From Hamiltosporidium tvaerminnensis FI-OER-3-3 (taxonomy: Eukaryota > Fungi > Microsporidia): 64,000 nt of DNA. The DNA lies in the NCBI GenBank assembly GCA_022605425.2, contig CM061252.1, positions 744,001 through 808,000 of the forward strand. The letters run 5' to 3'. The notes beneath the pieces are model-generated. The model ran no database searches. It was not told the DNA's origin and saw only the letters and a list, made by a program, of their open reading frames with translations. Below are positions 12,394-25,450 of the stretch, one piece after another. Made by a program: the position numbers and the translations under genes. Position 1 is the stretch's first letter. Every line of letters begins with the position of its first letter.

Positions 12394-13650
12394 ATGACCG
12401 ATCCAAAAAAGAAAGAAATGGCAAACAATGATTATATCAATGAAGATGTGATATATATTGAGAAAGATGACAAGAGAAACACAAGAATGTATTCTAAAAG
12501 AGCAGATGTAGAGGATTCTATTTCAACAATAATGAATTCTGACGTAGATAAAAATAAAATTCGTCGAGAAGCAAACAAAGATACCGAGAGATATTCAGAA
12601 TATGGTACTGATGTAGATAATATAGAAAGTAAAGGAGGCAATCAAAGAGATATAGCTAACCAGTCTCTTGATTCAAGAAGAATAGCAAATAATCAATTTG
12701 AATCAGATCATACACGTGGAGCAAGTGAAGCTTTGGTAGACAAACAGTACTATTACGATGATCCCTATGGTTATTACAAAACCGGTAATGTGCCAGCTTA
12801 TGAATACAAAGGATATGAAAATGAATATGCAGACCCTTCCACAAATAAGTCAAATATTCCCGAACCGCCATCTCATTCCAGATATTCTTACTATCATAAT
12901 ATGCAGAAGTTAGACAAAGGAACTATGGATTGTAAAAGAAAAGCGAAATATAGAGTTTGTAGTAATTGCTTTACTACCACGACACCTTCATGGAGAAGAA
13001 GCAATGACGGTAAAATGTTATTGTGCAATGCCTGCGGATTGTATGCTAAACTTCATGGAAGACCTAGACCATATAGTACCACCCCAGAAGGCAAAACAAA
13101 AGCTCTTAAGAGTGGATACGAACGCGATAAATGTAGGTCATGTGGTAATATTGATATATTATCGTGGAGTAAAAGTTCAAATGGATATCCAATATGTGAA
13201 GCATGCGCAGAATATCAGAAAGGACCGGTACAGAACCGTAAAACATACCAAGACTCATACCCACGATCAATGTACCCAGAAACAGAAGACTATAGGAGAC
13301 ACAACTACTATGATCGAGTTTACGATTATCCATATCAGCAACAGTATCCTCCATATTATGAGCAACCAGAAAAAAGAAAAAGTTTTGATTCATCAGTTTC
13401 CAGACAGTCACCACAAAATGTACGTCCTAATTACTCACCTCATCAGTATCAGAACCAGGATATTTCTTATTATCAGCAATATCCTAGAGATAACGATCCA
13501 AGAGATCTTCCTCATCTTTATCAAGAAAAGTATACTGATCAACAAAATTATAGTGAGTATTCAAGAGATCAATATGAAGATCAATTACCACCAGATTATG
13601 ATCATAAATCACAAGGAAGATTTTATAAAAAACATCAAAGAGAAGACTAG
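12394..13650 (+). CDS. GATA zinc-finger transcription factor
   Basis: [38 protein letters not shown] is a canonical GATA finger. A second degenerate finger (CRSC-x17-CEAC) and a Tyr/Gln/Pro-rich tail follow. Confidence 0.95.
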   Translation: MTDPKKKEMANNDYINEDVIYIEKDDKRNTRMYSKRADVEDSISTIMNSDVDKNKIRREANKDTERYSEYGTDVDNIESKGGNQRDIANQSLDSRRIANNQFESDHTRGASEALVDKQYYYDDPYGYYKTGNVPAYEYKGYENEYADPSTNKSNIPEPPSHSRYSYYHNMQKLDKGTMDCKRKAKYRVCSNCFTTTTPSWRRSNDGKMLLCNACGLYAKLHGRPRPYSTTPEGKTKALKSGYERDKCRSCGNIDILSWSKSSNGYPICEACAEYQKGPVQNRKTYQDSYPRSMYPETEDYRRHNYYDRVYDYPYQQQYPPYYEQPEKRKSFDSSVSRQSPQNVRPNYSPHQYQNQDISYYQQYPRDNDPRDLPHLYQEKYTDQQNYSEYSRDQYEDQLPPDYDHKSQGRFYKKHQRED

Positions 13651-16060
13651 ATTTATTTTGAATGTAAGATTTGTATGAATTCTTGTCAATAAATAATGAT
13701 TGTGGATATTTCTATAGTTTTCTTTATATTTCTCTAAACTCTATTTTTAAAGCTTTTACACTTAATACAGATTTGTTTAAATTTATTTATTTTTATCAGT
13801 TGACCAAACAAATATTACAATTTTATCTTACAAAAAATATTAAAATATTATAAAATGCGGTCATATTAAAGAGAATAAAGAGTTTATAAAATTTTTAATC
13901 TATTGTATTATAAATATAATGAAATGGGTTTATTATGGTGAATAAGTTATAAGTAAAGCAACCGATTAAAAATCTATTTCACACATAATACAATAGAATA
14001 TTTTATTAAACATTTAGGTTCAGTAGTTGCTAAATGTGTATCATTATTACTCAATAACTTTTTTCTAAGAAAAAATTATATTTTTATTACAATTATTGAG
14101 ATGATTTCGAAAATATAGTTTATTATTACTTTAATAGTTGTTGTTTTTGCAATTAATAATTTCAAAATATTATTGCTTTGTAAATATTATCATTGATCAC
14201 TTTATTATATGTTCACAAACAAATATTGATAAAATATATTTAATATAAATCTTGTTATCAATACATATTTTAAAAGTATTTTACTATCTATTCGATAAAA
14301 ATATTAAATATTTTTTAGAACTAAATAATTCTAATTTAAGAAATAATACTTCATTACTTAATATATTTAATATATACACATACCATATATTTATGGCAAT
14401 GTAATAAAACAAAAAAACACAATATTTATATTGGCTTTAAGAAATAATAAAAACTTACCAAATTTTATTGCGAATTAAAATATAATTTTTTAAACATTTC
14501 TAAACAAATAAAATATATTTGATAGATTAAAATAAAAGCATAATTTGATAAATCTTTGTTTAATAGAAATATATTTGATAAATAAAAAAAATAAATAAAT
14601 ATATTTTTTATAAAAATTCTAAAATATTTTTAAAAAATATATTTTCATACAATTGTACTCAATTACTGTTATAAATATTTATTCTGATAATCAATTGTAA
14701 AGCTAAAATTAGAAAAATATAAAATATAACCATTTTTATAATGTATAATATACATATTATGCTATAAAGAGATATTTTTATGTATCAACCAATTAATTAA
14801 TATTTCTTTAAATATACGTAGATTTCTTTTAAAAAAAATATGTTTAGAATATTAATAATTATATATTTTTTGAGAATCAAATGGTAAATATTCTATCATA
14901 CATACAAATTCTTACAGAATTATATACTTTGAAATTTTTTTAAAAAAGTAAGATTCAAATTAAGAAAATAAAAAACAACAAAAATGAAGTTAATGAAAAT
15001 TTTTTAAGTATTTAAATGGATAGTTTAAAATATTCAGCAAATGAAACAAATTTCTGAGTATATCAAGCATTATTTGTTAGAAAATAAATATATTTTTAAC
15101 AATTTATTTACTATCAGTTTATATAATTCAGTAATGTCTCGACGACGACTCACTTCGAAACGATTAATTGGTTAAAAGAATATAAGGCACCAAGTAAAGA
15201 GCTCCAATATGATATTTCGCTTTCTATTTGTACATAAAACTTACACAACAAATTATAATGAGTAGAAGTGAACAATAAACAATTAAAAAAAATTCTATTG
15301 GTTGAAAAAAATATTTGAAATATACATCGTTAAAATTGTTTCCAGTGTTTATTATTTGTAAGAATTACATGATAATTTGTTTCCATTTTTCTAACATTTT
15401 CATTTTTATAAAAAATAAAATCACTTGGTTAAGCTTTATATTCTAAGAATTTACAGTTGCGTAAAAAATTTTATGACAAATGATGGTTTTTTGCCATGTT
15501 TCCGTGTAATATATTTATATTCTCAATAATAATTTCACAAAATAATTTTGCTTGAATAGCTTCATGGAACTTTATATTAGATTAAATCAAAATATTTTTT
15601 TGCTAAAAATGACTAAGAATTTATACAACAAATAGATTAAACAATCCAGCATATTAAAAACACGGTTTTTTCAAACAAATAAAACACTTCACAAGAATAA
15701 ATTTCACAGAGAAAAGGGATAGAATGAATAAAAATAGGCGGAAAGTGACCAGACTAACTATTAAAGCCGAGCTGAAGTCCTGAAGATTGAAATTAAATGG
15801 AAAAAGAAGAAGAATTTGGTGATTAAAATGCCTTAAATTTTATTGAGAAAGTCTGAAGACAACTAAAAATGTGATATGAAAGACTAAAAAATGTACAAGA
15901 AACAGATAGGTGAGTGTCTAAAATTTTTATTGAAATAATTAAGTGAAATCTTATGGCACAAATAAGTAACTCTAAGAAGATTTTGGGCTTTTTTTTCTTA
16001 TTAATGTAAAACAAAGGCCGTTTCTACAAGATTACTGTCTAGTATGCCTATATTTCCAAT

Positions 16061-16294
16061 CTAGTCAACCAATAGTATTAATTCACACCCAGAACATTTA
16101 TAAAATGGTAGTCCTTTTTTCAAACGAAAAATACGAATAAAAAACAAAGTAAAATAACGATCGTATCTGTTGTAATAAAAATTGGCACCCGCACCACAAA
16201 AACCACAATTCTTTGTACGTAAAATTTTAATTTCTTCGTCACTGAGATTGATCGTTTTTAAAATATCTTTTGTTCCGAATATTATAAATACCAT
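16061..16294 (-). CDS. Small zinc-ribbon protein (zinc_ribbon_15-like)
   Basis: MVFIIFGT...CGFCG...RYFTLFFI...YKCSGC. CCC directly precedes the ATG. Confidence 0.8.
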   Translation of the reverse strand: MVFIIFGTKDILKTINLSDEEIKILRTKNCGFCGAGANFYYNRYDRYFTLFFIRIFRLKKGLPFYKCSGCELILLVD

Positions 16295-16599
16295 GGGTTA
16301 TATTTATTCTGTTATCAATCTAAATCAAAAAGGGGCCTTTTTAATCTTATGGAAAGCAAACAGTAAAAAAAAGATTTATTATTTTTAACGACTAATTGAA
16401 TTGTTTGCTATAAGTAGTAATTTAAGTAATATAAATTTACATTTTAAAAATATTTAATAATTCATTTGTACTGATTTGTGCCGATAGATTCTTTAAAACA
16501 ATATGAACAGATTAGAAGACTTTTTTACATCAAAATTATAAAATAATATTTTAAGGAATTTTTAGATTTTCAAAAACCTTTTTATTAAAAAATGATCGA

Positions 16600-17280
16600 T
16601 TATTTATTTCTGTTTGTTTCCAAAAGGTTGTCTATAAATTTTATATACTTTTTACAATTACTGCATTTTTTTTTAGAACATTTAGCTCTGTCTAAACACT
16701 TACCGATGTTGTTTTTATTAAAATTTGATTTTAAACATATTTCGTCAATCATTTCTGAAGATTTAATTGTTTCACTTTGTATTTTCTTAGAATTCGATGT
16801 ATCTTCTTTTAAAGTCAATAAAATATTATTTTTGTCCCCTATATCACTTTCACACTTAAAAGGGCAAAGATTTTCAAGTTCTGTTTCAAAACTTAAAAGA
16901 TTTGAATCGCTGTTATCAGGATTATCTATTTCAGCGTTTCGCTTAAAACTTTTTTTATTTTGTCTATTTTTACCATTTTTAGTTTTTTTTTTGGTATCTT
17001 TAGATAGATTCACTTTGTTTCTTTTATTTTTATAAATATTATTTGATTGAAATTCAAATTTTTTATTTTCATTTAATTTATCTATATCACAATCATTTGG
17101 TAGTTTATTTCCAAAAATATCAAATTTTGATTCTTTTCCGATACTACAAATTTCATTGCATTTTATATCGTTTGTGTGTTTATCCTTTTTGATCATTTCT
17201 ATATCTGAGAGTGTATTACTTTTAGACTTTTTCTCGAATATTTCATTTTTTATATTTGTAGATCGTTCCTTGAAACTCAT
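16600..17280 (-). CDS. Hypothetical Lys/Asn-rich protein with a C-terminal Cys cluster
   Basis: 226-aa ATG ORF ending CSKKKCSNCKKY. No recognised family. Confidence 0.7.
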   Translation of the reverse strand: MSFKERSTNIKNEIFEKKSKSNTLSDIEMIKKDKHTNDIKCNEICSIGKESKFDIFGNKLPNDCDIDKLNENKKFEFQSNNIYKNKRNKVNLSKDTKKKTKNGKNRQNKKSFKRNAEIDNPDNSDSNLLSFETELENLCPFKCESDIGDKNNILLTLKEDTSNSKKIQSETIKSSEMIDEICLKSNFNKNNIGKCLDRAKCSKKKCSNCKKYIKFIDNLLETNRNK

Positions 17281-18159
17281 GATTGTCAGAAAACGTAAAT
17301 AATTTATGATATTTTATCTCCTTTTTACTACAAGTTTATAGGTGTTTCACTATTTTCTTTCAAGGAGATCAACTTATGATTGGTAAAGATTAGAATCAAG
17401 AAACATAATTTAGTTTCATATTCTATTGATTTTATATATAATTTGACTTGAATGAGTTTAACAAAAAAACTTTTTGTATTAAATGCTTCTTTTTACGACT
17501 CAAATAATTTCTTCTACATTTGATAAATGAATCACAATATTTAAACTTTTAAAAAGATTATATCTTTAATAAAATATTATATTTGATAGATTAAAATGTA
17601 ATTTTTATATCATTTAAGTAAATAAAAAATTGAATTATAGTAAGTACAGATTCAAAGGTTAAACCGCCAATATTTGAAATATTGAAAGAAAAATATCACA
17701 ATTTTTTTACATTTATTATAATAATATTATATTTCAGGACTATGTTTCTTATAAAATCAGTTATGCAAAAGATTGATAATTAATTCTAAATATTGCCTAT
17801 CTTGACCAAAATAAAATGTATACCTATTTTTTTTGTGAAATTGATACGGATAAGAAAAAAAGAATAATAAAATCAGAATAATGCTTACATATGAAATGAA
17901 GTGGTATAAAAACTCAAATACCTACCAAAAAAATTGCCCAACGATGAATTAAAATTTTAATGAGTTTAATTTAATCTTTAAAACATACAAAAGACAGATA
18001 AAATCGTATTCTATATAAAATATGCAAAAAGTTGTTCAAATCAGAAATAGAGAGAGAAATAGAAATTCAAGACGAAATATTATTTAATTTCCAGATAAAA
18101 TATAAAATTAGAACAAATGAAAATATCAATTTAGACAAGAAAATATCAAAAAATACAAA

Positions 18160-18948
18160 TTACTGTTTCTCAAAGAATTTTTCAATTTTGAATTTGGTTT
18201 TTAGATCATCAGAAAGGTTTGACACAATATTATCACAGACTGTACATCTATCACCAATGAAAATACAACCATCACAATATTTATGATTACAATCTGTTTT
18301 TACGGGATTATTTAAAATAAATTTACATTTTGAACATTTCAAATCATTAGAAATATCGTATTCTGATGTTTTTGAAGAAATCTTTTGCCACTCATGTGTC
18401 TGTGGTTGTGCCTTTACATATCCACCTTCTGGTGTAACCAGCATAGCAGCTGTTGGTGGAATTTCTTCATCCTTAACAGGAACAAGAAATGCCTTTGGGA
18501 TTCCCGTAGGTTTTCTAATTCTTAAAATATCATAATTTTTATCTTGATTGGTTGGGCAATGCTGAATAAAATGACCCTTCTGTCCGCATCTGAAACATAC
18601 ATAATTTGGAGGTGGCGGCTTAAAATATTTCTTGACTGATGAAGTATCTCGAATACTTTTTTGTTTATCTTCACTTTTAACAACATAAGTAATATTTCTA
18701 TTTTTTGACATCCATGCAGGTATTCGTTCAATAATTATTTGACTATTTCTATAAATCGGTTGGTATTCATCAGTTATTTCCTCATTCGTTTCTGCATCGT
18801 AAAAAATTAAATCAAAATCCTTAGATGTTATTTTCTTTTGTGTGATTATTTCGGATCTCAGCTCCCATAATGGCAAACTGTTTCCTTCAAAATTTATTTT
18901 TGCAAAGTTTTTCATCGAACGAAATCTGTAATTTATTGATGAAGACAT
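18160..18948 (-). CDS. MPE1: Mpe1/RBBP6 cleavage-polyadenylation factor (DWNN + zinc knuckle + RING)
   Basis: MSSSINYRFRS DWNN start, CFRCGQKGHFIQHC knuckle, IRKPTGIPKAFL, C-terminal RING. True ATG placed at 18948 after gccctct. Confidence 0.93.
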   Translation of the reverse strand: MSSSINYRFRSMKNFAKINFEGNSLPLWELRSEIITQKKITSKDFDLIFYDAETNEEITDEYQPIYRNSQIIIERIPAWMSKNRNITYVVKSEDKQKSIRDTSSVKKYFKPPPPNYVCFRCGQKGHFIQHCPTNQDKNYDILRIRKPTGIPKAFLVPVKDEEIPPTAAMLVTPEGGYVKAQPQTHEWQKISSKTSEYDISNDLKCSKCKFILNNPVKTDCNHKYCDGCIFIGDRCTVCDNIVSNLSDDLKTKFKIEKFFEKQ

Positions 18949-19693
18949 AGAGGGCTTGTTATTTTTCCTATAAAAATCCAAAGAAATTCTTATAAAATGA
19001 AGTTAAGATTTCAGAAGAAATAATTTTCAAATTCAATTATTTTTCTAAAGAATCTATCTTTCGATGAATAATTTTTAAATTCAAATGAATTATTCTTAAA
19101 TTCAAATAAATAATTTTTACCTTTAAATATGTTTTTACACACAAAAAATACATTCGATAGATTTAAAATATGAATCGTATATTGTTATTATTTGAGTTTA
19201 ATGATTTTTAGACTATAATTATATTATAGATGAAGAATTATATTGGGTTCATATTACAAAGAAAAAAGCTTTTAAGAAGAAAATGTAAGTTTAAAATTTA
19301 AAAAATCTGCAATAAAAGAGAATGTTTTGAAGTAGAAATTTTTAAAGCAAGGACAAAAGATTAGATATAAACAGAAAATTATAAGCATAAATATTATTAA
19401 AAAATACAATAAATTCGCATAAAAAACCATTCTATATCTTATTTTATTAATTTATTTAAGTTACGAAATAAAATTAAATATAAACAAAATAAATATCATT
19501 TGTACTAAAAATACCTTCGAAACTTTTATTTTGAAACATTTATTAAAAGATTTGGATCAGTTTTTGAAGCTTTTAATATCAATAAAAAAAATAGGTATTC
19601 AAGGTAGATTATTTGAATAAAATATTTTTTCAATTAAAATATAAATTTCCTTAAATGTAACAAAATTTGTAAAAAAATAAAAATAAATTTGTC

Positions 19694-21715
19694 TTGAAAC
19701 TTTTGTGTATTTTTTTTATTTTTTATTTTAAAAGTTGTAAACAATACGAAGATATGGACAGGAAAATGGAATATTTAATTTTAGAGATAGAAAAGGCAGG
19801 AAAAGGAATATTGTATTTAAGTAAGAAGCTTTATAAAGGTTACTTATCCCCATTTCCAACACCCAATCTGGTTTTAGTTCGTGGATCATTTAAATGCCAG
19901 GCAAGGGAGTGTATTTATATAGATTTAATGAAAACCAATGTGAAAATTGACGAGAGACAAATTATTATTCAAGAACGAGATGAAAATTTAAAATTTTACA
20001 TTAAGAATCCAGAAAGATCTGCGTATTTGAAAAATATAATTCAATATATTTTATTTATTAAAAATACAGAGAATTTACAAAGCAAAATCAAATATATTCG
20101 TAATTTTAATTCAGAAAAACTGCTTTATTTTAACTTTAAATCTTATGATATTTACAACCAACAATATTTATACATTTTAACAGAAGATATTTCAAGAAGA
20201 GTAGTCAGTTATAAAGAATTAGATTATAAAAATAGAAAAATTGTTTATTCTGATGGTAAAATAGAGGTAGTCTTGGATAAAAAAATAACTTCGAAATATT
20301 ATGTAAAATATTTAGATTTATACTTCAATACATATGAAAAGAATAGGAAAATCGAAAAACGAAAAAAATTCCATATTTGGAATTATTTCTGGGATTTCAA
20401 AACACTATATGAAGAAATAAAACAATACATTACAAAAAATGGAAGAGAAAATATCATAAAATATGTCAATTCATTAGTACAAAAAAATATACAGCCTGCC
20501 AGCAGAATGACAAGTAATATAATATGGCATACCTCTAGAGAAATATCAATATTCCTAAATCTCTATTTAGGATGTATCTTTCAAACAAATAACAAATGTT
20601 GGGAAATCGTACCAAAAAATTTTCTGACAAAATATATCAAAAACAAAAGATCGTGTATAGGAAATATTAAAGATGCAATGCATTTAGAAAATAGTACATT
20701 TGGTGTAAAAAAACAAGATATTATAATTTACAGTATTTTAGATATTCATTTTAAAAATAGTTATTTAGATGAAATTGTTTGGATAGATAAAATATTCTAT
20801 AATAGTTTAATTACGAGTGAAATAATAGAAATTTGTGATTATTTTATAGAAAATCAAGAAACAAATATTTTTTACAAAAATATATTTTTAATAATAAAAA
20901 TACTCTTTACTGAAAATATTTTGAACAGATATTTGAATTTTAAAAATCATTTCACAAAAATGAACAAAGAATTGCCATCAACAATATTTAAGGCAGTGTT
21001 GGCATTTTTAATAGAAAAATTCGATAAAATAACTGGAAAATTTAAGAAAAATGTTAAAATACAAATAACGTGTAACACAGACATTTATATATTACTAGGT
21101 TTATATGGCTTAAAATATAATATTCCAAAGATGAGAAATGAAAAGACAAAAAAATATTTTATACAACTGATTATTCATAGAGGGGATTATAAAATGTTCA
21201 ACAAAGTTTATTTTAAATATTTTTCTTTTAATCCAGAAATACTTTTTACAAAATACCGACATGAATTCAAAAATATGGAAAAGAAGAGAAATTTAAGTTT
21301 AAATTCATACATCGAATATTTTATGAGAATTGAAAATTTACTCTATGATATTCTTCTTGATTTTAATCTGCAAAACAAACGAATATTCCTTAAACTTCTT
21401 AAAATACACTGTGAAATAAGACTTTATAGTAAGAAAAGGAGGTCGAATTTTTATAACTCCTTGAAAAACCAAAATTCAAAGGATTTGGAAAATAATATTT
21501 TGATGAACCATATCATGCCCGAACCTATAAATGAACAAATACAAACCAAAATGACAGCTATAAAATTATTTAATAAAAGAAAAATGAATGTTTTGATTTT
21601 AAGCAGATCAATGAGTATTTTTAAGAATTATGAATTATCACAAAAATATTCTAAAATATTTAATAATTTGATGAATTTTATGGACGATTTTATCAAATTA
21701 AATACAATCAATTAA
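19694..21715 (+). CDS. Large hypothetical protein, probably secreted; start codon uncertain (TTG 19694 or ATG 19754)
   Basis: 673-codon open frame in very AT-rich DNA. The signal-peptide-like LKLLCIFFIFYFKSC lies upstream of the first ATG. Confidence 0.75.
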   Translation: MKLLCIFFIFYFKSCKQYEDMDRKMEYLILEIEKAGKGILYLSKKLYKGYLSPFPTPNLVLVRGSFKCQARECIYIDLMKTNVKIDERQIIIQERDENLKFYIKNPERSAYLKNIIQYILFIKNTENLQSKIKYIRNFNSEKLLYFNFKSYDIYNQQYLYILTEDISRRVVSYKELDYKNRKIVYSDGKIEVVLDKKITSKYYVKYLDLYFNTYEKNRKIEKRKKFHIWNYFWDFKTLYEEIKQYITKNGRENIIKYVNSLVQKNIQPASRMTSNIIWHTSREISIFLNLYLGCIFQTNNKCWEIVPKNFLTKYIKNKRSCIGNIKDAMHLENSTFGVKKQDIIIYSILDIHFKNSYLDEIVWIDKIFYNSLITSEIIEICDYFIENQETNIFYKNIFLIIKILFTENILNRYLNFKNHFTKMNKELPSTIFKAVLAFLIEKFDKITGKFKKNVKIQITCNTDIYILLGLYGLKYNIPKMRNEKTKKYFIQLIIHRGDYKMFNKVYFKYFSFNPEILFTKYRHEFKNMEKKRNLSLNSYIEYFMRIENLLYDILLDFNLQNKRIFLKLLKIHCEIRLYSKKRRSNFYNSLKNQNSKDLENNILMNHIMPEPINEQIQTKMTAIKLFNKRKMNVLILSRSMSIFKNYELSQKYSKIFNNLMNFMDDFIKLNTIN

Positions 21716-22939
21716 AATAAATGATTTTTATTGCTTATTATTTTTATAAATTTTAATATCTCTAATTTTAAATATTCACTTTTTTGATTTTTATTTGAGT
21801 GGGATTCAGTATAAAATCATTCAATAAAAGTTTTAAAGTTAATTTATGAACCAAAATTTAAAAATTTTTTTCGTTGATATATTTATATTTTTGGCAAAAT
21901 CTAATGATATATATCTAAAGCCTTTCAGTAATTCTAGTTTCTCTACTTTCTGAATATAATATTCAAAAATTTCACTTATTTTTTAATCTGGAATTGCCGT
22001 TAACATTTATTCACGAAAGTGGAATACTTTTTATGATTATTTGACTTAAAAACTCCTGGATTAAAGAATTTCTTGGTTTTTAATTGATTTGAAGCAATTA
22101 AATTTTTTAAATATTTTCTTTGTTTGTAATTTGGAATTCTTAAACTTATCACATAAATGTTTTAAAGAATCGACGAATATCAAAAATCCTTGGAAGAAAC
22201 TCACTTTTACTCTTATATATTATATATAATCAGATGGAACATAACATGGATATAAGAGTATATAGCCTATACATCTGGATTCTAGAAAATGTTATTTTTG
22301 TCACTAATTTTCCTTCTAAACCTTGGGCATAGAAAATCTATGAGTTTTCGAAGAAACAATATATTCACCAGACAAATAAAAAATAAAATTTCTTGGATCC
22401 AATAGAATACAATAATATTTTGATTGACAATTTATTTGTAAAAGAATTTTTACTAATTGAAAAGTAAAAATGAATCAAAATGAAAGGTTATTTTATTTAT
22501 GAGAATTCCTTAATTTTTAGAGCAGCAAAATTTATTGTATGAATAGATTTGAGTAGATTTTGACTAATTTGCCTCATAAACCTTCATGAAGAGTTTACAA
22601 CCTACAAAATGACATTACGGTAAAGTAAAAACACATGTCTAATTTACATCAATTTTATACTATTATGTCTCAGAAACTATATCGAAATTTATATCGAAGA
22701 AAATATAGAGGTTTCAAAGTGTTAAAATTGAAAAGAAATCTAGATATTATCATACACATGTATAGATGACGTTAAGTTATTGCCTTAGATCCAAATTCTT
22801 GTAACGCTAACCTAGAAAAATAGTAAAACAAAATTTTAATAACAATTAAAAACCAAAAAATATTTTGATGGACTTTTCACATAAGAAGTTTATCAGATAA
22901 TAAAACATTTTAAGGAAAAAATCAAAAATCAAGCTAGAA

Positions 22940-24875
22940 CATCTTAAAAAAGCCAATTGTCAAATTTAAAGTTCAAAAAAACAATTTTGCTTTAACATAT
23001 AGCCAATAACTTGTTGATATAGATTCTCGAATATGCTTGATTGTTTAATCCTATCTTAACATAATGATTAAACAGAACACAGAATGCTTCGTAAACATTC
23101 TCCAGATTTTGTAAAATATCACACTTAAATATAAGCTTTTACATGGCAAATTTCGTCAATTTCTTAATTTCAAAATCAAATCCTTCTAAAAGCGTATGAT
23201 TTTTGTTATATATAAATTCCAATTGCGAAGCTTCACACTTAAAAAAATCAATGTGTCCTAAAATAATTGCTTTAAAAAATATCTTGAAATCTCTAGTAAC
23301 ATTTTTATCATTTGTAAATGAAATTGAAAGAATAATTTTGGGAAACACTGAAATCGACGATAGAAAATTCTTTCCAATCCAATCGATAGACTTTTGTCCT
23401 CTTATTCTAGAAACAAATAATCTTATTATATCTGGATTCATCCTCAATATACAATCTGCTATGACCCTACTAAACCCGATATACTTATTAAGAGAAATAT
23501 GAATATCTTTATTTCAAAATCGAAGGATATTTTTCATATAATGAGGTATGAATATAGACTCAAAAAAAATTTTTGTTTAAAGAAATACATGCCTCGCTAT
23601 TGTATCAAATGATTCATATTGCTTGATTAAAAAATAAAAAAAATATTCATCTTTCAGTATGCATTTAAGTCTTTGTATTTTGGGCAAAAAATTTTTACAG
23701 ATGTATTACTGTGATTATTTTTTGTTACAATTATACTAAGAAACTGTACATATTTAAGTAGTAAAATCAATAAGAACGAGTTTTTCACCAAATTATATCA
23801 TAGGTAATTATATTTCGTATAAAGTATTTAAAATGTATTAGATTCGTGTAAAATGTAAAAATAGGTGAGTCATCATTGCAAAAATCAATATTTTTATGCA
23901 TTCTAACATATTTACACTTATAGAGCTTATCACGCTACTATTTTCGTGCTTATTCCAAAACTCTTCTTCTTTTTTGGCGATTGAATCTATTATCTCAAGA
24001 AATGGACTAAGATCCTCTTGTATATGATTTGCATCGATATAGAAATCATCCGATATAATGGTTTTTATGTCCAAAAATAATATATTTTACGATGATTCAT
24101 TAAGAATAGCATATGATTTTCCTTTTGTATTTATCATATTCTTTGAATATCCTTTTGGTTGTAAACAAAATCTAGGTTCCAGGCTTTCATTTGTCGATTC
24201 AAGCTGTGATTTAGACTTTTGATTTGTTTTTTTTGCAAGAAGATGATTCCATATATTCCATAGGATCATACCATGAGTAATTGGAATGAATAAACTGATC
24301 ATTGACCGATGTTTCCAAGAAATGCGTAGAGGCCCTTTTATTTATAAAAATATCATCTTTTTTATCAGAAAAACGATTCCAATAATTGGTTTCATATAAA
24401 TTCATTCTTAAATCAGGTTGGCTTTCGAAATAATAGTTATCAGAATGTGTTAAAGAAACAGATGAACGACTTATAGCACGATGCTTCGAACAACTTCTCT
24501 GCGAATAATGCCTTTCATAAGGAACGATAGCTATATTTTTTTCAAAACGCTTTATTGATTTCTCTTCCAATTTTATGAAATTATCTGCATTTTCAGCGAT
24601 GTGTTCATTACAGGAAGAGAACACTAGTATTGTTTCCTATTTTATATCACAAACATATCATAATCATTATAAGATGCGCCTTTCTAACATTCCTTAATTG
24701 GTTCATCTTTAACAAATTCATTATTGGAGTATCTTTGGTCATGCCCACTTGTTTCTAGCTTAAAGCGCTACTTCGTTACATTGTCTTCAATTTTTTTGGG
24801 AAACTCATTATACTGGCGTACAGAACCCGAGAAATAAATCGTATTAAAAATGCAAAATAAACAAAATTTTAGCAT
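22940..24875 (-). pseudogene. Frameshifted paralog of the ~650-aa secreted family
   Basis: Fragments 24211-24624, 24087-24302, 23838-24074 and 23139-23447 align in order to the 29365 and 41573 proteins (e.g. INTKGKSYA, DFYIDANHI, DFKIFFKAIILG). ATG at 24875 gives MLKFCLFCIFNT. Confidence 0.92.
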
Positions 24876-25363
24876 ATATAGAATAATTCCAACTTTTTTT
24901 ATTTATGTTTAACTATTTAATTTAAATTTTAATTCAATAACTAGATAAAATATAATAATTTCTAAAATATGGTTTTTAATCAAACAAAAACATCAAATAA
25001 ATAATTTTATCTCAAATGCCCAAATCTTATTGGAAATAAAAAATTCTATATAATTATTTAGATCATAATAACTATAAATTAATTTCGTTTTTTATCAAGT
25101 AAAGATTTTATTTTTTTTGTATGCAATTATATATCTAATAGTAAGGAATATATTCTAAATAATATAAAAAAATAACTGCAGCTTGTGAAAACGAACTCAA
25201 TTTTAGAATAAACAAAAAAACTAATATGTAGATTTATCTTCTTTAAACTTATTAGTTCAGCTATAAATGGATTATTTACATTTTTAGACCTTTAATACCT
25301 CTTATAATATGTTATTCACATGTTCTTGTTTGTCTTTTACATATGCATTATAATCACCAAATT

Positions 25364-25450
25364 GGGAGAGAATAATAAAATTAAAAACTATCTGCTCGGC
25401 AATGCGTGTGTGAAAATCGTTGCCGACATCTTGGTGGGATACAAACCACC
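25364..25450 (+). mobile_element. Fragment (5' ~90 bp) of the structured SINE-like element
   Basis: aaaaactatctgctcggcaatgcgtgtgtgaaa...ttggtgggatacaaaccac matches the element start with an internal deletion. Confidence 0.7.

Noticed and set aside
13004-13678. 224-aa overlapping +1-frame ORF inside the GATA gene
   Set aside because: Explained by codon bias: the Tyr/Gln/Asp/Pro-rich region has few Leu/Ile/Val/Met codons, so few +1 stops arise. The product is a featureless Ile-rich shadow.
14950-16030. Slightly GC-richer patches here and at 9200-9900, 22000-22900, 28700-29300 and 43900-44580 that may be decayed genes or TEs
   Set aside because: No interpretable motif series recovered by hand; left unannotated.
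16592-17035. Antisense ORFs over real genes and the LINE (e.g. 1921-2172, 7780-8088, 16592-17035, 48481-51934 set, 54299-54571, 57315-57908, 62478-62720)
   Set aside because: Shadow frames of stronger opposite-strand CDSs, with no independent signals.
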